Positions 7,881-14,980 of a stretch of 20,000 nucleotides of DNA are shown piece after piece. Origin of the DNA: an uncultured virus (IMG/VR IMGVR_UViG_3300028840_004599) (Duplodnaviria; Heunggongvirae; Uroviricota; Caudoviricetes); the IMG/VR virus record IMGVR_UViG_3300028840_004599; one strand, written 5' to 3'. Each line of letters starts with the position of its first letter. The stretch's first letter is position 1. The translations under genes and the position numbers were made by a program. A model generated the notes under the pieces. That model did not search any database, was not told where the DNA came from, and was given only the letters and a program-made list of their open reading frames with translations.

Positions 7881-8386
7881 TTGCGTTAGAGGGACTCACG
7901 TATACAGAGTTCGTGGTTCTATATAGATGTGCCCTATTCAATCACTACAACAAGCTCCGGGACTTCATGCAACAAATAGGTCTTTTGGTTGGGTGGAAGC
8001 CGAAAGGAAAACCGCGTGGCGACTCCTTGGAAAACTTCCCAAATGATGTGGATTATTTTGGTGAGGAACAGATACGAAACCACCTGAAATATTGGAAAAG
8101 GATATTAAGCAAGAATAATAATGTAAAGGACATAGGTAGGATTTGGGATGATCGACGGGCTTCTGCATGTAGGGGTGAGATGGGACAGGCAGCCCGTCGT
8201 TGTTCTATGGACGATAGACTTTGGATGATGTATATAAATTCTGTGAAGGTGGGAACGGAGCCGGATATGGGATTGGTTAAACACTGGTTCTCCATACAAT
8301 ATTACTCGTCCAAGGCAAAAACACATCCGGACAAGGAGGAGAGGGATAAGGCGTTTGCTACGCTTAGAGCCCTTATCAGGAGATAG
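7625..8386 (+). CDS. -1 frame extension of the tail assembly chaperone (gpT portion of a 373-aa G-T fusion); includes track ORF 7913..8386
   Basis: The -1 frame is open from just after TGA 7613-7615 to TAG 8384-8386, checked codon by codon. The upstream part reads ...EGYVCETFGYSPAFV...EGLTYTEFVVLY, resembling gpT-type segments. GTG 7913 has no good RBS. Confidence 0.7.
   Translation, partial: KKREEPLGNTSADAVTNPGGRRKHEDLIRSFFPHTGSSAEGYVCETFGYSPAFVRGRYYIRCADTGNPCCRCKGKDGGRRCENAIVALEGLTYTEFVVLYRCALFNHYNKLRDFMQQIGLLVGWKPKGKPRGDSLENFPNDVDYFGEEQIRNHLKYWKRILSKNNNVKDIGRIWDDRRASACRGEMGQAARRCSMDDRLWMMYINSVKVGTEPDMGLVKHWFSIQYYSSKAKTHPDKEERDKAFATLRALIRR
7844..7850 (+). other. Second candidate -1 frameshift site G_GGA_AAG
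   Basis: AAG GGA AAG in the chaperone frame is the same heptamer and phase as the lambda G-T site, about 30 nt before the chaperone stop. Confidence 0.45.
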
Positions 8387-8388
8387 AT

Positions 8389-10080
8389 ATGAGTACTGAT
8401 GTAAAACGCACTATATTCCAATGGGATTCACAAGGGCAACCCAAAGTTCTATCCGATCTTCTTGGTTTGAAAGCTGCCGTGGACAAGCTCAATGCTGCCA
8501 TTGGGAAACTAAACACAAACATGGGAACACTGGCTAGCAGGAGTCGCGGAATAAAAACAACCGAACCGGGGTGGGCGTATGGTGGTGATCAGAGTCGGCT
8601 AAGCTTGATAGGACAGCCGTATGGGAGAAGGGAGCTCCCATTTGGCAAGGTATTTAACGGCATCGAGTCATTCAGTAGTAAGCTATGGAAAGCAAGCATA
8701 CACATACTTGCAATCACATACCTACTCCGTAGAATCACAATACCCATAAAACGAATCATACGTGCAGGAATAGGTGCTGGTGCTCTTACACTGGAAAAAT
8801 CCGATGCTTGGTTCAGGCAAAAAGTAGCCCTGTCAGAGATGCTTGGAAAAGAGCGTGGCGAACATGCTATAAGATATGGGTGGAGAAAAGCTGCTGTAGA
8901 GATGGGACAGGCTACGGAGTTCATGGATTTGATCCGTACTGTAGCTGCATTAAATACAGAAATACGAGATGCCATGCGTTCCAACACACAGACAGCAGAG
9001 CGCATCTGGAACAAGATGGTTCATACCGTCCAGGCAATGGTAACAGTCTTCCCGGAATATTCCATTGGTCAGGCTACCTCTGCTCTTTCCCGTGCTATAG
9101 CTGGTCAATACATAACAATGGCTCGTACATTCCGCGCTCCAAGAAGGGTAATCGAGTCGGAACTTGGACGTCCTGTTGGAACTGGCATGGCTGCGATAGA
9201 AGACCTTCACAAGTTTTGGTCGCAACGTATATCGCAAAGTGCCATCGAGTCCATCGGTGGATCGTACAGAGAACAAAGCAATAACATACGTCGTCAGCTT
9301 GGGGAGCGTTTTCCCTTTCGCATAGGTGAGATGGGATTCCGGCAACAGGTATCCGGGAGCCTTTTCAACCTGAACACCACAATAAACGAGATGATGAAGG
9401 CTGGCAAGTACGACAGGTTCTTTCGTCAAATATCTGATAAATTCATGGGTGTGTGGAGTGATATTACAGATGCCGTATCGACGCTGGTTATAGACATAGA
9501 CATATCCGAAGATTCCCTGGCTGCTATGATTAACAAGATGGTAGACCAGATGGGGAAAGCTGCGCCAAAATTAATGAAGACCTTGTTGTACTCTGTGGGT
9601 GACGTAGCCAAAGAGCGTGGTGGCAGCTTGGGATTTGTTGCTGACTTATCTGCCATGAGTAATGCTTCAGCTAAAGTAATTAGAGACGCAATACTACATG
9701 ATTATGGTTCTATGAGAACAACGATTCCCCAGCTAGGGGCACTGTTTCAAAGTACCAACGCCCCGCCAGGAACAGCGTTCTCCGAATACATACGCGAGAT
9801 GTACAGGGAGCCTCCTCCAGGATACACGGACAGGTGGATGGGTGATGAGAGCTTAATCCAGAAAATACGTGGCAGTGTAGGGGCTATGGAATCTTACCGT
9901 ATGTTTGGAGAAGAGGGGCTTTCGCAATACGTAGCATCCCAAGGAGGGAAAATACCACAGAGCTCTCCCGAGGAAATAGCAAAATACCTGGCTAGGATAG
10001 CCGAGGCAACAGAGAAGCTGGCACACGGCTCAGAGAGAGATGCAGCATTTGCACACACAATATGGGCAGATACTCCATAA
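8389..10080 (+). CDS. Tail tape measure protein (short, 563 aa)
   Basis: Helical and Ala/Met/Gly-rich. Contains QATSALSRAIAGQYITM and GGSYREQSNNIRRQL, resembling the tape-measure N-terminal domain. Follows the chaperone pair. Confidence 0.75.
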   Translation: MSTDVKRTIFQWDSQGQPKVLSDLLGLKAAVDKLNAAIGKLNTNMGTLASRSRGIKTTEPGWAYGGDQSRLSLIGQPYGRRELPFGKVFNGIESFSSKLWKASIHILAITYLLRRITIPIKRIIRAGIGAGALTLEKSDAWFRQKVALSEMLGKERGEHAIRYGWRKAAVEMGQATEFMDLIRTVAALNTEIRDAMRSNTQTAERIWNKMVHTVQAMVTVFPEYSIGQATSALSRAIAGQYITMARTFRAPRRVIESELGRPVGTGMAAIEDLHKFWSQRISQSAIESIGGSYREQSNNIRRQLGERFPFRIGEMGFRQQVSGSLFNLNTTINEMMKAGKYDRFFRQISDKFMGVWSDITDAVSTLVIDIDISEDSLAAMINKMVDQMGKAAPKLMKTLLYSVGDVAKERGGSLGFVADLSAMSNASAKVIRDAILHDYGSMRTTIPQLGALFQSTNAPPGTAFSEYIREMYREPPPGYTDRWMGDESLIQKIRGSVGAMESYRMFGEEGLSQYVASQGGKIPQSSPEEIAKYLARIAEATEKLAHGSERDAAFAHTIWADTP

Positions 10081-10090
10081 GGAGAAATGA

Positions 10091-12232
10091 GTGACAGACA
10101 TTAACAACATATTTGATATGGGTATTTCAGGCTCTACTGACTTCACATACCAGCACAACGAGAAAGAGCTTGGTCCAAGTATTGTTGTTGGAGGAAACTA
10201 TGCTGCTGGAAGTGTGCCGAATTACGAAAATAACGACATCATAACAATATCCCTACCCTACGGGCAGCGTGTTGTTGGTAGGGTCATAAACCCGCGAACT
10301 ATGGCAGAGCCGGACAAGTACCGTTTCACATTCGAAGTATTATCCGAACAGAGCCTATTCGTGAAGTCCTCCCCGTCGAAAGATGTCCGTTTTATGACAA
10401 TGACATGGGAACAATACGAACGTTGGTTAGACGGTATCGATTTAACCGTTATAGATTATGTTCCAAAGGTGCGTATATCCAATGACCCACACGGCAGGTA
10501 TGGTTGGGATAGCCACTCCATTATAGCTTGGGCTGCTATGCAGATGTCGGCACAGATACAAGGCGTCTGGATTAACACACACAATTACTGGTTAAAGGAT
10601 TTTCAGATATCTTATGGCTCCTCGTATTATTCTGCCATGCTCGGACTTGTTGGCATATTCGACCCGCGTATAGAATTTGATGGGTATAACCTATATATAC
10701 TGGACAGAGCTGTAAATAACGGGGAATTCGGAACAGTAAGTGTGGTTAAATCTGAGTTTATCAGCCAAGAGGAGCCGTGGTCGTCCAAGCCAAAATATGT
10801 GCGGGTTCTCGGGCAAGATAGTGAGTGGCGCGCAACCAAGTACAAGGGCAAAGTTGGTGGGTCTCTTACCTTTATAAACGTCCCCATGTACGATCTTACC
10901 GTCAAAGCTGGTTACTCGCACGGAACACCGGCACTAGAGGTAAAAAAGACAGACACCACGGAACCAGTAAAGAATGAGGAAAGCGAGAACATAATAGTAG
11001 CTGATGGAGACGATACAGAAACCATATACACCAGAACAGTAGAGATTAACTATTATCTTCGGGACGTCTTTGGCAATAAGGCAGAAATATACCTGTCCGA
11101 GAAGTTTGTATATAAGCGCATTGGTGATTACCCACCGTGGCCTTCGTACACAGCAGGTTCCACGTACACAGACCCAACAAATATGGAAACCGATTATCTG
11201 TACGAGTCTAAAATAGTCATACATTCCTACTCAGGCACAGGAACCAACTACGAGAAGCCCCGCCTGACCAGCACACACAACAGCGGACTTAACTATTGGG
11301 GATCGTTAGCAGTCCAACCACACACTGTGATAATAAATGGTCAGTATTGTTGGGAATCTTATGCTTCTGAAACAGGCTACGGTTTATCCGTATCCAAAAA
11401 ACAAACATACTACCCACTCGCCTCGGTAACGTTTAAAGGAACATCGTACACGGATGAATACAAGGATATGAGTACAGACCTCGTTTTGGATGGTGTGCCA
11501 TTTTATGATAGAGAAATAACCTACGCTCCAACGATATCGGACGGAAAAATAGATGATCTTGGCATCTTCTTACAGATAATGCCGAAGTATGCAATACAAG
11601 GAAAAAATTTCCCACTCAACGCATATGAGTTCCCAACAAAGGACACGGGTTTGGACGCGGATATGCCTATATCAGCCTCGAATCTAAAGACAGCCGATTT
11701 AATACGGGATGAGTGTATTGTGTCGATGAAAGAAACCACCCTAACCAACATCGATTTTAGGCATTACACAAAAAGAGTTCGTCACAAGGAACGAAATGTT
11801 AGGGACGGGTTGATACATTTTGTAGAGAATTCGACAAAGCATATATCCTCCCCACCGCCACAAGAACCTTATAGGATGAGAACGATGCAGGCATATGCGG
11901 AGGACGATACCATCCTGACGGAAACGCTCAATAATCCCCCGGCAGAAGTGGGCACGGAAGCAGTAGACTGGTACGATTTGGAAGAGATGCAACGAAAGGT
12001 AAAAAATAGACTACGTAGGGGCGTACTGCGTAGAAAGTACAGGTTTTCCTGCCATGTGCCCTTCGAGATAGGGCAATCTGTAACACTGTCTACATATTCG
12101 GGACCGGGTGGAGCCATAGTACATGAGCCGGGCACATATAAAGATGCTCGTGTTGTTGACATAAAAATAAATAGGGATGCCAAAACAGGAAAGGCATACA
12201 CAGATGTGGTAGTGGAGTGTGACGTAGTATGA
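10091..12232 (+). CDS. Baseplate hub / tail-tip protein (gp27/Tal-like) with large central insertion
   Basis: Follows the tape measure gene. Hub-like segments: SYYSAMLGLVGIFDPRIEFDGYNLYILDR, PKYVRVLG and C-terminal PFEIGQSVTL...ARVVDIKINRD..AYTDVVVE. Confidence 0.55.
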   Translation: MTDINNIFDMGISGSTDFTYQHNEKELGPSIVVGGNYAAGSVPNYENNDIITISLPYGQRVVGRVINPRTMAEPDKYRFTFEVLSEQSLFVKSSPSKDVRFMTMTWEQYERWLDGIDLTVIDYVPKVRISNDPHGRYGWDSHSIIAWAAMQMSAQIQGVWINTHNYWLKDFQISYGSSYYSAMLGLVGIFDPRIEFDGYNLYILDRAVNNGEFGTVSVVKSEFISQEEPWSSKPKYVRVLGQDSEWRATKYKGKVGGSLTFINVPMYDLTVKAGYSHGTPALEVKKTDTTEPVKNEESENIIVADGDDTETIYTRTVEINYYLRDVFGNKAEIYLSEKFVYKRIGDYPPWPSYTAGSTYTDPTNMETDYLYESKIVIHSYSGTGTNYEKPRLTSTHNSGLNYWGSLAVQPHTVIINGQYCWESYASETGYGLSVSKKQTYYPLASVTFKGTSYTDEYKDMSTDLVLDGVPFYDREITYAPTISDGKIDDLGIFLQIMPKYAIQGKNFPLNAYEFPTKDTGLDADMPISASNLKTADLIRDECIVSMKETTLTNIDFRHYTKRVRHKERNVRDGLIHFVENSTKHISSPPPQEPYRMRTMQAYAEDDTILTETLNNPPAEVGTEAVDWYDLEEMQRKVKNRLRRGVLRRKYRFSCHVPFEIGQSVTLSTYSGPGGAIVHEPGTYKDARVVDIKINRDAKTGKAYTDVVVECDVV

Positions 12233-12411
12233 ACGTAGCTGATTACATAATGCAGCGTAAGTCAGCACTTAGACGACGACGCCCCAATCTCGAAACGGAT
12301 GTTGCGGGGGAATGCGTACCTATAGGGGGCAGACCACACAGATCGGAAAGGGTTCTAATAGTGCCAGTAGGACACAGGAGATATGTGATTGGTGCTGTTG
12401 GTGTATCATAA
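12229..12411 (+). CDS. Small hypothetical protein
   Basis: 60 aa, ATGA overlap with the hub gene stop. Confidence 0.55.
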   Translation: MNVADYIMQRKSALRRRRPNLETDVAGECVPIGGRPHRSERVLIVPVGHRRYVIGAVGVS

Positions 12412-12449
12412 TGACACATATTGTACCATTTTAGAGGTAAACATACTAT

Positions 12450-12632
12450 ATGCAATACAAAAAGGAAACAGTAGTAGTAGAGTTATCGAGTCATTGTGTG
12501 CTCACACAGAGTGGCTATGTTGTTGAGTCTTCCGGTAGACCCGGGGATACGATAATTGTGCTCAAAATTGCAGGTTGTGTAAAGGGCACACACTTTACAG
12601 AGGTACTACGCAGACCGGATAGGGGGGAATAG
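12450..12632 (+). CDS. Small hypothetical protein
   Basis: 60 aa, GAGGT RBS, TAGTG overlap with the next ORF. Confidence 0.55.
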   Translation: MQYKKETVVVELSSHCVLTQSGYVVESSGRPGDTIIVLKIAGCVKGTHFTEVLRRPDRGE

Positions 12633-13003
12633 TGTTGTTAGACATACAAGACACGAACACATCGGACGATGAAAAGAGGATACAAACCAAGCGAACATTG
12701 GTTGTTAGTGGGAACAGCTATGAGAAGTCCTTACAGCATGGCACTGTGGCTGTAGAGTTTGTACGCGACTCCAACGGCAAGATACAAGTAGATGAGAACA
12801 ACGCGCCAATTGTCGAGTTGGACACAAACGGAAATCCCAAGCAGGGTCCTATACTATTACGGTGGAACCCAGAAGCGTATACAAAGGATGGGAAGACGTA
12901 TGGAGCCTGGGTATCCGATGATGGGATAGGGGGTAGTGGGGTAGCCGTAAACTACTACAACATAGTTTCCTTGGGATTTTGTATAGATGAGACGGAAGCC
13001 TAA
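12632..13003 (+). CDS. Hypothetical tail-tip-associated protein
   Basis: 123 aa, acidic and beta-rich, GTG start overlapping the upstream stop with a GGGGG RBS. Confidence 0.6.
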   Translation: MLLDIQDTNTSDDEKRIQTKRTLVVSGNSYEKSLQHGTVAVEFVRDSNGKIQVDENNAPIVELDTNGNPKQGPILLRWNPEAYTKDGKTYGAWVSDDGIGGSGVAVNYYNIVSLGFCIDETEA

Positions 13004-13081
13004 ATGAAGAAAGAACACAGAGTCGAAACCCTGTGCCCTCTCTTTTTTGGGGGTCAAATAAGGATATAGCAAGCAAGAATC

Positions 13082-14980
13082 GTGCCAGTTAGTACAACAT
13101 TTGCAGGAAATATACTAAATCAGGACAAGGTTGCTCTACCAAGACTTACTGGTGGCCAGTCCAATTTTGATGGATATCCTGGTATTTTTGGTCTGTTTGT
13201 TCCAGATTCATTTGTATCTGGGTATTGTTCAGCCTGCTGCAAGTGCGCTTCTCATGACGCAGCTATTATGGTTGGTGTTAAAGTAGGTAAGCACGCTCCC
13301 GAGGCTGTATTTTACCCAGAATACAGATATACGCATGAAGATTTGTTATATCTGCATAATGCGCTTTATCTGACATATTATATTTATTATGGGGTTGAGT
13401 ATGACCTTTTATACAACTCAGGGTGGACAGCTGACAATATTTCTCAACAACGAACATACACCATCGTAGACACGTCTTTGTCTGATCCGGTATTGAGCTC
13501 CAACCAGCTTCGGCTTCGGGGTGATAACCCGAGGCATTTGCAAACGGGCGACTCACAGCCTAACCCAGATTGGTATGGGAATGGGGGTGACGAGGGTAAT
13601 CGCCTAATTACGGTAGACTCATTCCACTGCTTGCCAATCGGTTCTATGGGAGTATTTCATTTCCCTTCCGTACTTAGACTAAAGCAGCTTCCATGCTTGA
13701 CAAAGGTTGAGGATGTGACGGCGGTTGGTGATGGCGAATACGAGTTTATAGCTACTCTGTCAAATGCCTGTTCGTATGCAAAGTACCCCGATGATCAGAA
13801 ATACGGTGACGTGTCTGAGTACAGTATAACATTCTATTATTATAAAACGACCCCAATGGATTGGCCTGACATACAGCCATCTCCGAATACTGGGTGGACT
13901 CGCGAGACAGTGAGTTTAGAATCTGGAGATTTGGTAGAGGGCGTCTATACAATATCGGATAGAATATTGTATCCAGGCTTGGTGGATGTTGGTGGTCTAA
14001 CGTTGTTTGGCTGTGTGGTTAGGGACGGACACAATAGGTATCCCGTATCCTTTGGCAGTTTATCAGTATCCACGCAACAATCTGGTGGTTCTTGGACGGT
14101 TCAAATAGACTTTTCTTCCATAACGTCTTTTGATACAATCGAATTAATGTATTTTAGGGAGGCTTCCGGAAGCGACGATGTGTGGTTCAGAACCCGATCA
14201 TCGTGTACAAATTCCAAGCGAGAGTGGTCTGGTTCATACACCCACGATACAAACAATTATTGTGCTGCTTATATAGGCTCTGATGGGAACCCACAATCGT
14301 CTGTTGCCCCATTCAAAGCAAACTTCTGTGACGAGTGTTGGCAACCGGAATGTCCAAATTTTACACTGACACCAGTATTTGATTGTAACGACCCTGCATG
14401 GCTTAATCGTTTTTGGAATAGTGTGGATATGGTCATGTCCCAAGGTATTCCTGGGTGTTCTAATCACAGAAATTTCTCTATAGACGTTGTTTCCATGCCA
14501 TCTTTACGGCAGGTTGCGGGTTTTTACGAGACTGCAACATCTACGGGTGTGGGACACGCAACAAAGTACTTATATCACGATGCTGCTTGCGGACAGCTTG
14601 AAGAGAGTAGCACCAGCTTATATCTTAGGCATGGAGCTCTTTGGGGCAGGGATGGCAATGGTGAAGAATTTGACATGGCAGATATGTTGAATTCCAGAGC
14701 TGGTTTATTTCCGGAAGACGTATCCGGTTATGAGACAAAAAAGGGACAATTGGGTCAAACGTACGATGATGATATAGATGCAACTGGTGCTTTACGCAGA
14801 TTCCCTTTCCACAATACAGGAGAAACGCACCTTTATCAATATACTACCAGTAATCATGGTTACTGTATGACTCAGGGTCGTAGAGAGAATATTCAGCTTA
14901 TTATTTCTGGTTTTAATGAGAATGATTATCTGACGGACGATCAAGAGCTAGACGTGGCAGATATAAGGAGCTTATACTAA
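13082..14980 (+). CDS. Cys-rich putative minor tail protein
   Basis: 632 aa, acidic, Tyr/Gly-rich, about 17 Cys including CSACCKC and FCDECWQPEC clusters. Start codon uncertain because the RBS is weak. Confidence 0.65.
   Translation: MPVSTTFAGNILNQDKVALPRLTGGQSNFDGYPGIFGLFVPDSFVSGYCSACCKCASHDAAIMVGVKVGKHAPEAVFYPEYRYTHEDLLYLHNALYLTYYIYYGVEYDLLYNSGWTADNISQQRTYTIVDTSLSDPVLSSNQLRLRGDNPRHLQTGDSQPNPDWYGNGGDEGNRLITVDSFHCLPIGSMGVFHFPSVLRLKQLPCLTKVEDVTAVGDGEYEFIATLSNACSYAKYPDDQKYGDVSEYSITFYYYKTTPMDWPDIQPSPNTGWTRETVSLESGDLVEGVYTISDRILYPGLVDVGGLTLFGCVVRDGHNRYPVSFGSLSVSTQQSGGSWTVQIDFSSITSFDTIELMYFREASGSDDVWFRTRSSCTNSKREWSGSYTHDTNNYCAAYIGSDGNPQSSVAPFKANFCDECWQPECPNFTLTPVFDCNDPAWLNRFWNSVDMVMSQGIPGCSNHRNFSIDVVSMPSLRQVAGFYETATSTGVGHATKYLYHDAACGQLEESSTSLYLRHGALWGRDGNGEEFDMADMLNSRAGLFPEDVSGYETKKGQLGQTYDDDIDATGALRRFPFHNTGETHLYQYTTSNHGYCMTQGRRENIQLIISGFNENDYLTDDQELDVADIRSLY

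Noticed and set aside
5657..13003. Contractile injection system, tailocin or PBSX-type tail
   Set aside because: No sheath or baseplate wedge genes were recognisable, and a full head and neck module is present.
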